Positions 29,093 through 47,100 of a stretch of 64,000 nt of DNA are shown here, piece by piece. The notes beneath the pieces were generated by a model. The model saw only the letters and a program-made list of their open reading frames with translations. It ran no database searches and was not told the DNA's origin. Origin of the DNA: Escherichia coli (GTDB taxonomy: Bacteria; Pseudomonadota; Gammaproteobacteria; Enterobacterales; Enterobacteriaceae). The stretch is taken from NCBI RefSeq assembly GCF_003334815.1, contig NZ_QOWO01000008.1; one strand, given 5' to 3'. Each line of letters starts with the position of its first letter. Position 1 is the stretch's first letter. The position numbers were made by a program, and so were the translations under genes.

Positions 29093-29596
29093 TTACGCCA
29101 CTTCTGACGCCGCGCTATCTAACAGCGCCATCTCTTCGCTGTTCAGCAGTTTTTCGATGTTCACCAGAATCAACATCCGGTCGCCCAGTGCGCCCAGTCC
29201 AGTGAGATATTCTGTTGAAAGCGTCACGGCAAATTCCGGTGCCGGACGAATTTGCTCCGCCGTCAATGAAAGCACGTCTGAGACGCCGTCAACCACGATG
29301 CCGACCACCCGCTGTCCGAGATTCAGGACGATAACTACCGTGTTGTCGTTATAGTCCACATCCACCTGGCTGAACTTAATTCGTAAGTCAACAATCGGCA
29401 CAATAACGCCGCGCAGATTCGTGACGCCTTTGATAAACGCTGGCGTGTTCGCAATCCGTGTTACCTGATCGTAGCCACGGATCTCCTGCACTTTCAGGAT
29501 ATCAATACCGTACTCTTCATCACCAAGGGTAAATACCAGAAATTCCTGGCCTGACGGCTCGCTGGCCAGCTTTGTTACATTCGTCATACCGGTCAT
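29093..29596 (-). CDS. cheW: Chemotaxis coupling protein CheW
   Basis: 167 aa. Confidence 0.97.
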
Positions 29597-29616
29597 ATTG
29601 TTACCTTTTTACTCAT

Positions 29617-32508
<2,892 letters not shown>

Positions 32509-32512
<4 letters not shown>

Positions 32513-33396
32513 GCTTCCTCGGTTGTCGTCTGTTGTTGCGGATTTTTCACCGCACGCACATGCTCTTCCAGTTCAATAAACGACGGACGTTCGCTGGAAT
32601 AGAGCGTTTTGCGACCAAACTCAACGGCGATAGGCGGTGCGTAACCGTTCAGATTAGAAAGCAGAGTGACTTTGACGCACTGCATCATTTTGCTGGTTTC
32701 GGCGCTTTTCTGACGTAAAACAGTCGCTAATGGGGAAATAAATCCGTAAGCCAATAAAATGCCGAGGAAAGTCCCCACCATCGCATGTGCGATAAGCGCA
32801 CCCAGCTCGGCGGCAGGACGATCGGCTGAACCTAACGCGTGAACGACCCCCATTACAGCCGCAACAATACCAAACGCCGGAAGTGAGTCCCCGACCAGCG
32901 CCAGACTGTTCGCCGGGACTTCTGCCTCGCTTTCGTGCGTCTCAATCTCTTCATCCATCAGAGCTTCGATTTCGAAGGTGTTCATGTGACCGCTGATAAT
33001 CAGGCGCAGATAATCGACGATAAAATCAAGCATGACGCTATCCGCGAGGATGCGTGGGTAGCTGGCGAAGATCTCGCTCTCACGGGGATTTTCAATATCA
33101 CGTTCCAGCGAAAACATCCCCATCTGCCGCGATTTCGCCATCAACCGATAAAGCAGAGCCAGCAGATCCATATACATTGCTTTGGTGTATTTGGAGCGAC
33201 GAAACAGCAACGGCAGCGCCTTCAGCGTGCCTTTAATCGCTTTGCCATTATTGCCGACGATAAACGACCCAATCCCTGCACCGGCAATAATCACCAGTTC
33301 AGCGGGTTGATAGAGTGCTCCAAGGCTTCCACCGGTCATCAAATAACCGCCGAAAACTGTACCGAGAACAACCAGGTAACCTAATAAGATAAGCAC
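32509..33396 (-). CDS. motA: Flagellar motor stator protein MotA
   Basis: 295 aa, stop overlaps motB start. Confidence 0.97.
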
Positions 33397-33464
33397 GACA
33401 TCATCCTTCCACTGTTGACCATGACAGGATGTTCAGTCGTCAGGCGTTAACGCGCGATTGGGGC

Positions 33465-33496
33465 AAAAAAAAGCAGCGGTACGTCGTTACCGCTGC
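33465..33496 (-). terminator. Rho-independent terminator after flhC
   Basis: gcagcggtaacgacgtaccgctgc hairpin plus T8 on minus strand. Confidence 0.75.
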
Positions 33497-33522
33497 TGGA
33501 ATGTTGCGCCTCACCGTATCAG

Positions 33523-34101
33523 TTAAACAGCCTGTACTCTCTGTTCATCCAGCAGTTGTGGGATAATATCGGCAGGATTCTGGGAAAGTTTACGTCTTTT
33601 TACTGCCCGGGATGGCGGTTGACATAAGCTGCAGGCAAAGCTGCCAACAGGCTGGTGAGCGTGGGTAATAAAATTGCCGCCGCAGCAGTTGCAGCTGGAA
33701 AGTTGCAGTAATCCACTTTCAACAAACCGCACCAATGTCCAGGCACGGGTTAATGCCAGCAGTGGTCCTTCTTCTGCTTGTGGGCACTGTTCAAGGTATA
33801 AACGGTAGGCTTTGATCACCGCATCGACGCCATTACACAAACCGGTTTTCAGTAAAAACTGCCATGCATTACAGAACATCGAAGCATGAACGTTTTGTTC
33901 CCAGGTCATAAACCAGTCGGTTGAGAATGGCAGCATGCCTTTCGGCGGTGGGCTTCCGCGCAGTTCTTTATAAAGTTTTATCAGGCGTCCGCGACTTAAC
34001 TGTGTTTCGCTTTCCAGCATCTGCAAACGAGCGCCCAGGGTGATCAATTCCATTGCCAGCTGAATATCCCGCGCTTCCTGAACAATGCTTTTTTCACTCA
34101 T
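33523..34101 (-). CDS. flhC: Flagellar master regulator subunit FlhC
   Basis: 192 aa, [20 protein letters not shown]. Confidence 0.97.
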
Positions 34102-34103
34102 GA

Positions 34104-34454
34104 TCAGGCCCTTTTCTTGCGCAGCGCTTCTTCAGGCTGATTAACATCATTCAGCAAGCGTGTTGAGAGCATGATGCCGGTATGAATTTGCTGGAGATCG
34201 TCAATGCGGGAATCTTGCGTCAACTGAGTAATCGTCTGGTGGCTGTCAAAACGGAAGTGACAAACCAGTTGATTGGTTTCTGCCAGCTTAACCATTTGCG
34301 GAAGAGTCAGTGCCGCTAACGTTGTCGCCATTTCTTCATTTATGCCGAGACGAAACATAGCGGACGCTTTGTCCTGAACAATCAAACGCTGTGCAAGTAG
34401 TAAATATGACAAGTTGATGTCATAAATGTGTTTCAGCAACTCGGAGGTATGCAT
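34104..34454 (-). CDS. flhD: Flagellar master regulator subunit FlhD
   Basis: 116 aa from [22 protein letters not shown]. Confidence 0.95.
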
Positions 34455-34715
34455 TATTCCCACCCAGAATAACCAACTTTATTTTTATGCGGTTTCACCG
34501 CACCCCGTGATGTCGCCGGGAAGCCCCGGTAAAAAATAATTAGCATTAGAATAGTTGCGATAAGCTGCAATAAGCAGAACCACCTTTTTGGTTTAATATG
34601 TCCTTACAAATAGAAATGGGTCTTTACACTTATCTAAGATTTTTCCTAAATCGACGCAACTGTACTCGTCACTACACGCACATACAACGGAGGGGGGCTG
34701 CGATTTTCAATAATG

Positions 34716-34731
34716 TGTGATGCAGATCACA
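34716..34731. promoter_or_regulatory. CRP binding site in the flhDC promoter
   Basis: Perfect TGTGA-N6-TCACA core about 70 bp upstream of the expected flhD transcription start. Confidence 0.7.
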
Positions 34732-35233
34732 CAAAACACTCAATTACTTAACATAAATGTATAAGTCATACTTTTGTTTTGGGTGTATTTCAATCTGTTA
34801 AAAAGTTTTTCGCTACGCTAGCAAGCAAAAATGAAACAGGAATAATCGAAATGGGATGTTGCGCACAGTCAAAATAACTCACCGTAAATAATCATCTGCT
34901 ATAAATAATCACTTTCATGCAATACCAGATAAGCTATTTTTAAACAGACACTTACCGCACAACAAACTAATTAAATACAAAGAAAGGCAACAATCAACTT
35001 AATGTTAATGAAATGTTTTACATATATTAACCACTTGTTTAATGCGGAGAATCAGTACACTATTTTCTTATAATTACATTTGAAATTATATGATCACCGG
35101 GAGTGATTGATTAATTGTCTTTACTAATAATCAGACTAATATTTACCTGTTTGACCGAGTTGGGATTGCGTCGTTTCTCCATTAGGAGTAAAGCTTTAAT
35201 GTCACCTGAAGTTCACAGAATAAGGAACAGGTT

Positions 35234-35662
35234 ATGAGCTATAGCAATATTCTTGTCGCTGTTGCGGTTACACCGGAAAGTCAGCAACTGCTGGCAAAAG
35301 CGGTATCTATCGCCAGGCCAGTAAAGGGACACATCAGTTTAATTACTCTCGCTTCCGACCCGGAAATGTACAATCAATTAGCTGCGCCGATGCTTGAAGA
35401 TTTACGCAGCGTGATGCAGGAAGAAACGCAAAGCTTTCTTGATAAGTTAATTCAGGATGCGGGGTATCCCGTTGACAAGACGTTTATTGCCTACGGTGAG
35501 TTAAGCGAACATATTCTGGAAGTATGTCACAAGCATCATTTCGATTTGGTGATTTGCGGTAATCACAATCACAGTTTCTTTTCGCGAGCATCCTGCTCGG
35601 CGAAAAGAGTTATTGCCTCAAGTGAGGTCGATGTGCTGTTAGTTCCACTTACGGGAGATTAA
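35234..35662 (+). CDS. uspC: Universal stress protein C
   Basis: 142 aa Usp fold. Confidence 0.93.
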   Translation: MSYSNILVAVAVTPESQQLLAKAVSIARPVKGHISLITLASDPEMYNQLAAPMLEDLRSVMQEETQSFLDKLIQDAGYPVDKTFIAYGELSEHILEVCHKHHFDLVICGNHNHSFFSRASCSAKRVIASSEVDVLLVPLTGD

Positions 35663-35668
35663 CCGCTC

Positions 35669-39021
<3,353 letters not shown>

Positions 39022-39035
39022 CATACTCTCCTTAC

Positions 39036-40550
39036 TCAGGCAACAGCCTGGCTGACTTTAGGCATCGCAAGGCTCAGTGCCTGACGCTCATCTGCCTGCT
39101 CGTGTAACAATTCACCGGCGATTTCACCTTCCCGCATCACCACAATCCGGTCGGCAACGCCGAGGACTTCAGGTAAGTCGCTGGAGGCAAACAGCACCGC
39201 CACGCCCTGCGCCGCCAGCGCATAAATTACGTTATATATTTCGTGCTTAGCGCCAACATCAATGCCGCGCGTAGGTTCATCCAGCAAAATGACCTTCATC
39301 TCTTCCGATAACCAGCGGCCCAGAATGGCTTTTTGCTGATTTCCGCCTGAGAGATTCATGATCAGTTGCTCCGCGCCCGGCGTTTTGATGTTGAGCGAAC
39401 GAATGTGGTGATCGGCATTGTTTTCTTCCCAACCGTTGTTGATTACACAACCGCCGAGCACATGTTTACGTCTGGCACTGATGTTGATATTGTCGCGAAC
39501 GGAGTGCACGGGAATAATGCCTTCCGCTTTGCGATCTTCCGGGCAGAGCATCATGCCTGCGGCAATGGCGTGGCTCGGTTTACGAATATCGATCGGCTGT
39601 TGGTCGATATAAACCTGACCGGCGGTGATTTGCGTCCCGCCAAACATGCCTTTCATTAATTCGCTACGCCCCGCCCCTACCAGACCAAACAGCCCAACAA
39701 TTTCACCACTGCGAACCGCCAGACTTATTGGCGTACGCACGCCTGGTGCTTTCACAGCATCAAGACGTAGGCGCTCCTCGCCATAACTACGCGGTTGCCA
39801 GCCGTAGATATCGCCAATGTCGCGCCCGACCATCGCCTGCACCAGCGCGTCGTGGTCAACCTGCTGCATATCGGTAAAGGTTTTGACATAACGTCCATCT
39901 TTAAAGACAGTAATGGCATCGCTGAGGGCAAATATTTCTTCCATACGGTGAGAAACGTATAAGATTACCCGCCCCTCTTTTCGCAGTTCACGAATAACGC
40001 GGAAAAGATTGTCGATTTCACGGGCAGAGAGGGAGCTGGTTGGCTCATCAAAGGCGATAATTTTGGCGTTACGCGCCAGCGCTTTGGCGATTTCAACCAT
40101 CTGCCACTGACCAATGGAGAGATATTTCAGCGGCGTGTCCGGGTCAATATCCATACCAAGATGTTTAAGTTGTAAACCCGCCTCATAATTCAGCAATGAG
40201 CGATTCACAATGCCGCCTTTATGCGGCAGCTGGCCGAGATAGATGTTTTCCGCGACGGTCATTTCCGGCACGAGATGCAGTTCCTGGTAAATAATCGCCA
40301 CGCCCGCGTTAAGTGCTGCGGTCGTGTCGGAAAAGGACATTTCCTGCCCATTAATCACTACAGAACCCGTGGTTGGCGCATAGTTGCCGCTGAGGATTTT
40401 TAAGAGAGTTGATTTTCCTGCGCCATTTTCACCCATCAACGCATGAACCTGACCGGCATAGCAGTCAAAACTAATATCCGTCAGCGCCTTAACGCCGGGA
40501 AACGTTTTACCGATGCCGCGAAATGAGAGATACGGGGTAGACTGTTGCAT
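39036..40550 (-). CDS. araG: L-arabinose ABC transporter ATP-binding protein AraG
   Basis: 504 aa from [17 protein letters not shown]; two ABC domains. Confidence 0.93.
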
Positions 40551-40619
40551 AACGTCTCCGTGAATCACTGGTCGTTCACACCCCCTCTGCATCATGCAGA
40601 GGGGAATTTTTCCGGCAAA

Positions 40620-41609
40620 TTACTTACCGCCTAAACCTTTTTTCTCCAGTTCTTCTTTAAAGTTGTCACGCGTGATCAGTACCACGTCGGTAACTTCGGT
40701 AAATTTTGGCGGTTCAACGTCTTTTGCTACCCAGTTGTAAAGCATTTCGCTGGATTTATAGCCATGTACGTCCGGGCTTGGCAGCAGGGAACCGTAGAAG
40801 CCGGTTGCCTGTGCTTTAGACAGTTCGCTCACCGCATCCACACCGTTAATGCCAATGCCGATGATATCGGCCGCTTTAAAGCCCTGACCTTCCGTCGCGC
40901 GTACGCCGCCCAGCACGGTGCTGTCGTTCATACCGACGATCAGCCAATGTTTAACTTCCGGATGTTGAACCAGCATTGAGTTGGCAGCGTCAAATGCCCC
41001 CGGGATGTCGTTAGATTTGGTAGGTACCTGATAAATTTGTTTTTCCGGGAATCCGGCCGCTTTCAGCGCATCCATAGATCCCGTAGTACGGCGGCGGGCG
41101 GTATCCAGTTCGTTGGCGGTAATCGCCATCACCGCGCTTTCTTTGACATCCCAGCCACGTTTCTGCATCTCTTTATACAGTTCCTGGCCCTGACGTTCGC
41201 CAATTTTAGTCGCCGCCATCATCACCAGCGGAACGGTATCCATTGGCTTACCTTTGGCGTTAACAAACTGGTCATCCACGGCAATGACTTTCATATCGTA
41301 GCCACGCGCTTTCGCGACGATGGCAGAGCCGAGTTTGGGGTCCGGAGTACAAATAACGAAACCTTTTGCGCCACTGGCAGCCAGGCTGTCGATCGCGTTC
41401 AATGTTTTTTCGCCATCCGGCACGGCAATCTTAATAACCTCAAACCCTAAATCCTTCCCGGCTTTATCGGCAAACTTCCATTCGGTCTGGAACCACGGCT
41501 CTTCCGGTTGCTTCACCAGAAAACCGAGCTTCAGGTTCTCCGCCATAGCGGATTGTGACATAACGGCTGCCAGACCAATGGCTGCCAGGGCTTTAGTAAA
41601 TTTGTGCAT
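40620..41609 (-). CDS. araF: L-arabinose-binding periplasmic protein AraF
   Basis: 329 aa from MHKFTKALAAIGLAAVMSQSAMA signal peptide. Confidence 0.95.
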   Translation of the reverse strand: MHKFTKALAAIGLAAVMSQSAMAENLKLGFLVKQPEEPWFQTEWKFADKAGKDLGFEVIKIAVPDGEKTLNAIDSLAASGAKGFVICTPDPKLGSAIVAKARGYDMKVIAVDDQFVNAKGKPMDTVPLVMMAATKIGERQGQELYKEMQKRGWDVKESAVMAITANELDTARRRTTGSMDALKAAGFPEKQIYQVPTKSNDIPGAFDAANSMLVQHPEVKHWLIVGMNDSTVLGGVRATEGQGFKAADIIGIGINGVDAVSELSKAQATGFYGSLLPSPDVHGYKSSEMLYNWVAKDVEPPKFTEVTDVVLITRDNFKEELEKKGLGGK

Positions 41610-42405
41610 GGTTCTCTCCAGCTTTAGTGTCGTTTTGTGTAGGGCAAAAACGAATGACATTCGTTAAATTAATCGGAAAACAAAGCATTACCTTTTAACT
41701 AAAAGATAAGTGACTGTGTTGACATAGTTTTAGCGAGAAATTAATTCTCCATAGGAGAGCAATATCACATCGCAGAATTACAGTGAGAACGTGCATAAAT
41801 TTAGCGGGAAAAGACATAAGGGAAAGCCAATTTGTCAGACAAATTGTCGAATGCACAGCAGATTAATCCATAAGATTAGCCTGGAAATCCTTGTTGTCTT
41901 TGGTACCCATGCGGGATGTCTTCTTTTTAACCAGTCAATAGGCCGCATTACCTGGCGTTGAGTTTTTGAAATGGTGTAATAACCGCAACTCAAAGATGTG
42001 GAAAATGCACGTCATTCATTTCGTCATTAATTATCACTGTGCTCATTAATTAACAGAACACGTATAATGAGAGCCATCTCGCAAAAATGAAAAAACGTTT
42101 TATAAAATCATCACTTCATCATGAATTCAAATTCATTGATTAATATCAACAAGATACAAAAAGCACTATCATTAAAATTCATTGCAGTTACATTGATTTC
42201 ATCAATGAAATGTAAAAATATATAAACTTGATGATTTAAGCATTTTCTTATACCCGTTCAGACGTTATTCTTATTTCAGATCATCGTCAGAATTGACTCC
42301 ACGATCACATTTCGGACCGGCAGAAAGGAATTATTCTGCAAACAGTAATTATGGTGTTTTGATTTATCTTGCACCTCTCCACTTCTGGATATAAGGATAT
42401 TAGGT

Positions 42406-42909
42406 ATGGCAACCGCTGGAATGCTTCTCAAACTCAACTCTCAAATGAACCGCGAGTTTTACGCATCCAATCTCTACCTTCACCTGAGTAACTGGTGTTC
42501 TGAACAGAGTCTGAACGGCACCGCCACTTTCCTTCGCGCCCAGGCACAGAGTAATGTGACCCAAATGATGCGCATGTTTAACTTTATGAAGAGTGTCGGC
42601 GCTACCCCCATCGTTAAAGCCATTGATGTTCCCGGTGAAAAACTGAACTCTCTGGAAGAACTGTTCCAAAAAACGATGGAAGAATACGAGCAACGTTCTA
42701 GTACGTTGGCACAGTTAGCCGATGAAGCGAAAGAACTGAATGATGATTCAACCGTCAATTTCCTGCGCGATCTGGAAAAAGAACAGCAGCATGATGGTCT
42801 GTTGCTGCAAACCATTCTTGATGAAGTGCGCAGTGCGAAACTTGCGGGTATGTGCCCTGTGCAGACCGACCAACATGTTCTGAATGTCGTGTCACACCAG
42901 CTGCATTGA
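42406..42909 (+). CDS. ftnB: Ferritin-like protein FtnB
   Basis: 167 aa ferritin fold, paralogue of ftnA. Confidence 0.93.
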   Translation: MATAGMLLKLNSQMNREFYASNLYLHLSNWCSEQSLNGTATFLRAQAQSNVTQMMRMFNFMKSVGATPIVKAIDVPGEKLNSLEELFQKTMEEYEQRSSTLAQLADEAKELNDDSTVNFLRDLEKEQQHDGLLLQTILDEVRSAKLAGMCPVQTDQHVLNVVSHQLH

Positions 42910-42987
42910 TCATCATCGGCGCTAATGCATTGCGCCGATGAAGGTTTTGAGAAACCGCTGCCTCATCTGTTTGAAGCAGCGGTTTTT

Positions 42988-43239
42988 TTAATGGGATTCA
43001 CCCTGTGGGGTAAACTTGAGTTCAATAAGCGCGATGGCTTTTTGGATTGCCCGCATGGTGACCGGGTCTGCGGCGGCGGGATGGTTAGTAAAGTCGATAT
43101 TCTTCAGCTGACTGGACATTTTTTCACGAACTTCAACGGGCGCGATTACATCGAGAACATCCAGAATTTGTTTGATAACCAACTGGCAAGCAACCACATC
43201 AGAAACCAATTCCTGATCGGCATTCAGCGGCTGGGACAT
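42988..43239 (-). CDS. yecJ: Uncharacterized protein YecJ
   Basis: 83 aa ORF in conserved position. Confidence 0.8.
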
Positions 43240-43353
43240 CGTAAACTCCTGATAGCATTTTGAAAGCCGTTATAGTAGCGACTTCACATCTTCAGCGATA
43301 GTCACATCCACCGTCATCAGGACACAAAAAAACCTGCCGGAGCAGGTTTTTTG

Positions 43354-43440
43354 TTATCGGAACATATTGCCTGGCGGTACGTCTTTGAACGTCTTGCAAT
43401 AGTTATTGAACATACTTTTCAGGATTTTGCGCAGTTTCAT
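43354..43440 (-). CDS. azuC: Small membrane protein AzuC (28 aa), part of the dual-function AzuCR RNA
   Basis: Minus-strand translation MKLRKILKSMFNNYCKTFKDVPPGNMFR followed by TAA. Confidence 0.75.
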   Translation of the reverse strand: MKLRKILKSMFNNYCKTFKDVPPGNMFR

Positions 43441-43702
43441 CGCGGCACTCCGACCATTTGTTATACAGGTGTTATTGTCTTTGCGCTTATAATATGACAA
43501 CCATCACAAAAATCAATCTTTATGTGATACAAATCACATAAATACCCCTTTAATGTTATAAAAATGATAATCAAAAAACAGCCCCCCTATTTCTGACACC
43601 TACAGATGGCAAGAAATAGCGCCTGCCAGGCGTCTTTTCCGGCCATTGTCGCAGCACTGTAACGCGTAAAATAGTGCTTTCTCTTACTCTTCTGGCTGGA
43701 CC

Positions 43703-44026
43703 ATGAGACTTCTGATTCTGACTCTTTCATTAATAACGCTGGCGGGGTGTACGGTTACTCGCCAAGCCCATGTGAGCGAAGTTGACGCGGCAACAGGTAT
43801 TGTACGGTTAGTTTATGACCAGGCTTTTTTGCAGCATGCCCATACCGATCGTTATGTCAGTCGCGGGATCGCCGATCGCGCATGCCAGCAGGAAGGCTAT
43901 ACCCACGCGGTCCCCTTTGGTCAGCCAGTAGGCAACTGTAGCCTTTTTGCGGGTTCCTTATGTTTGAATACGGAATTCACTTTGTCATATCAGTGCCATC
44001 ATTCCGCCTTCCCTGTCTTTCTCTAA
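43703..44026 (+). CDS. yecR: Lipoprotein YecR
   Basis: 107 aa, lipobox LAGC. Confidence 0.9.
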   Translation: MRLLILTLSLITLAGCTVTRQAHVSEVDAATGIVRLVYDQAFLQHAHTDRYVSRGIADRACQQEGYTHAVPFGQPVGNCSLFAGSLCLNTEFTLSYQCHHSAFPVFL

Positions 44027-44196
44027 ATATTTTAATCAGCGAGGGGATCTTCGCTGATTAAAGAAATAGCGGTAATGCGTTTTATTCCCATTCGTATTTT
44101 TAATAATTGAAGTTTATATTTTACCTTTTGCAAATAATAAAATAACAAATTATAGTGACGCCACAGCAACAAATATAACCTTTGTGGAGCACTATC

Positions 44197-44694
44197 ATGC
44201 TGAAACCAGAAATGATTGAAAAACTTAATGAGCAGATGAACCTGGAACTGTACTCTTCACTGCTTTATCAGCAAATGAGCGCCTGGTGCAGCTATCATAC
44301 CTTCGAAGGTGCTGCCGCGTTCCTGCGCCGTCACGCCCAGGAAGAGATGACGCATATGCAGCGTCTGTTTGATTACCTGACTGATACCGGCAATTTACCG
44401 CGTATTAATACCGTTGAATCTCCGTTTGCTGAATATTCCTCACTTGATGAGTTATTCCAGGAAACCTATAAACACGAACAATTAATCACCCAGAAAATTA
44501 ACGAACTGGCTCATGCTGCAATGACCAATCAGGACTACCCAACATTTAATTTCCTGCAATGGTATGTTTCTGAGCAGCATGAAGAAGAGAAACTGTTCAA
44601 ATCGATTATTGATAAATTAAGCCTGGCAGGCAAAAGCGGCGAAGGTCTGTATTTTATCGACAAAGAACTCTCTACCCTCGACACACAAAACTAA
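44197..44694 (+). CDS. ftnA: Ferritin FtnA
   Basis: 165 aa from [21 protein letters not shown]. Confidence 0.95.
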
Positions 44695-44699
44695 TGCTC

Positions 44700-44730
44700 T
44701 CCGGCGGCAGGTTTACTGCCGCCGTTTCAA
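44700..44730. terminator. Putative bidirectional terminator between ftnA and yecH
   Basis: ggcggcaggtttactgccgcc hairpin between convergent genes. Confidence 0.45.
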
Positions 44731-44731
44731 A

Positions 44732-44971
44732 TCAGTGACGGCAAATCTTACTCTGATCGGTCGAAAAACCGTCTTTCGAAGGTATAAATTTGCCTTTTGC
44801 TGCCAGAAACGCTACCAGCTCTCCCGCTGTCATCCCTTCTGCCGAGCAGGTGTGAAAACGTGCCTGTTCACCAAAACGCGCTTTAATCGCAGCTTCCAGA
44901 CTGGCATGCGTATATTGCTCGCCTGATTCAATCATCATATTTAACACTTCATGACCGTGAATAGAGTCCAT
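44732..44971 (-). CDS. yecH: DUF2492 family protein YecH
   Basis: 79 aa ORF. Confidence 0.85.
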   Translation of the reverse strand: MDSIHGHEVLNMMIESGEQYTHASLEAAIKARFGEQARFHTCSAEGMTAGELVAFLAAKGKFIPSKDGFSTDQSKICRH

Positions 44972-45161
44972 CGTCCCTCCTCAAAAAAAGCCTAGCGTAG
45001 CGATTGCCGCTTATGAAGACTTTGCGCCAGCGCAGGACTGAATGCTTTTTATTGTACATTTATATTTACACCATATGTAACGTCGGTTTGACGAAGCAGC
45101 CGTTATGCCTTAACCTGCGCCGCAGATATCACTCATAAAGATCGTCAGGACAGAAGAAAGC

Positions 45162-46373
45162 GTGAAAAACAGAACCCTGGGAAGTGTTTTTATCGTGGCG
45201 GGAACCACAATTGGCGCAGGCATGCTGGCAATGCCGCTGGCTGCGGCCGGTGTTGGTTTTAGCGTTACGTTAATCTTGTTGATTGGGCTTTGGGCGTTGA
45301 TGTGCTACACGGCGCTATTACTGCTGGAGGTGTACCAGCATGTTCCGGCAGATACCGGTCTGGGCACGCTGGCAAAACGCTATCTGGGACGCTACGGTCA
45401 ATGGCTGACGGGCTTCAGTATGATGTTCTTAATGTATGCTCTGACTGCGGCATACATCAGCGGTGCCGGTGAATTGTTGGCCTCCAGCATCAGCGACTGG
45501 ACAGGTATTTCTATGTCGGCAACCGCTGGCGTGCTGTTGTTCACTTTTGTTGCCGGTGGCGTGGTTTGTGTCGGAACTTCACTGGTCGATTTATTTAACC
45601 GTTTTCTGTTCAGCGCCAAGATTATTTTTCTGGTGGTAATGCTGGTACTACTGCTGCCGCATATTCACAAAGTGAATCTTTTAACCCTGCCGTTGCAACA
45701 GGGGCTGGCTCTGTCTGCAATCCCGGTGATTTTTACGTCGTTTGGTTTTCACGGTAGCGTGCCGAGTATTGTCAGCTATATGGATGGCAACATTCGTAAG
45801 CTACGCTGGGTGTTTATAATCGGTAGTGCGATCCCCCTGGTGGCATATATTTTCTGGCAGGTGGCGACGCTTGGCAGCATTGATTCAACAACCTTTATGG
45901 GATTGCTGGCTAATCATGCTGGATTAAACGGGCTGTTACAGGCGTTACGCGAAATGGTGGCCTCTCCGCATGTTGAGCTGGCAGTGCATTTATTTGCTGA
46001 TTTAGCCCTCGCCACGTCATTTCTCGGCGTTGCGTTAGGCTTATTTGATTATCTGGCTGATTTATTTCAGCGTTCAAATACCGTTGGTGGACGGTTGCAA
46101 ACTGGTGCAATTACGTTTCTGCCGCCGTTGGCGTTTGCACTGTTTTATCCACGAGGATTTGTGATGGCGCTGGGTTACGCCGGTGTGGCGCTGGCGGTAC
46201 TGGCATTGATTATCCCTTCGCTGTTGACCTGGCAAAGCAGAAAGCACAATCCTCAGGCGGGTTACCGGGTCAAAGGTGGTCGTCCGGCGCTGGTGGTGGT
46301 GTTTCTCTGTGGTATTGCTGTGATTGGCGTGCAATTTTTGATTGCGGCAGGGTTGTTACCAGAAGTGGGGTGA
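45162..46373 (+). CDS. tyrP: Tyrosine-specific transport protein TyrP (GTG start)
   Basis: 403 aa polytopic HAAAP-family permease. Confidence 0.93.
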
Positions 46374-46394
46374 TCAGATAGCCTCAAATTCCTT

Positions 46395-46424
46395 ATTGGG
46401 TGCCAGAATTAACGCTGACACCCA
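46395..46424. terminator. Putative bidirectional terminator between tyrP and yecA
   Basis: ttgggtgccagaattaacgctgacacccaa hairpin between convergent genes. Confidence 0.45.
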
Positions 46425-46434
46425 ATTTGGCCTC

Positions 46435-47100
46435 TTAATGCAGGCAGCACTGCTTAAATTTCTTACCACTACCGCACGGGCAAGGATCGTTACGCCCCGG
46501 TTTCTCTTCTGCTTTGATCGGTTGCTGAACAGCTTTTTCCTGCGGATGCGCCATCCAGTACGCATGTAGATCAAGCGCCGCCAGTCGAATGGCATCTACG
46601 CTCTCTTCAAACGCTTCTGGCGACATCTTTTCTACCCGCTCGAAGTTTTCCTCAGTACCGTGCAGCGCAATCGCCTCCAGCGCTGGTTTTAACGAATCGG
46701 GCAACGTTGACCAGTCAGAAAGTGCCACGCCCCGCATATAGCCAAAGCACCACTCCTCAACAATCGTCAGCTCGCTGCCATCAACTTCTCGCAAGCCGAA
46801 TAACGGCTCAAACTGCTCCGGGAATTCGTTCAGACGCTCTGCGGTATCGGCCATATGTTGAAAAGCCAGATTCATAAAGCGCGTCATCTCTTTCTCTGAC
46901 GCCCAGCGCGGCACATAGTCAGCCCCACCCCACACGGCAACCAGCCACTGTTCCGGTTCAATCTCTTGCGGAGAACTCAACACCGCCGTCAATAAACCGT
47001 CCAGCTCCGCCACATCAAGGATGGCGTGGTCAGTGTTGTATTTGGTCAGAATATCGTCCAGCCATTCCAACTCACTTTCGTTTAACGGTCCCGTTTTCAT
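46435..47100 (-). CDS. yecA: UPF0149/SEC-C motif protein YecA
   Basis: 221 aa, C-terminal [13 protein letters not shown] metal-binding motif. Confidence 0.93.
   Translation of the reverse strand: MKTGPLNESELEWLDDILTKYNTDHAILDVAELDGLLTAVLSSPQEIEPEQWLVAVWGGADYVPRWASEKEMTRFMNLAFQHMADTAERLNEFPEQFEPLFGLREVDGSELTIVEEWCFGYMRGVALSDWSTLPDSLKPALEAIALHGTEENFERVEKMSPEAFEESVDAIRLAALDLHAYWMAHPQEKAVQQPIKAEEKPGRNDPCPCGSGKKFKQCCLH

Noticed and set aside
34455-35233. Possible IS1/IS5 element upstream of flhD, as in K-12 lab strains
   Set aside because: No transposase ORF and no terminal inverted repeats; the interval reads as continuous AT-rich promoter DNA.
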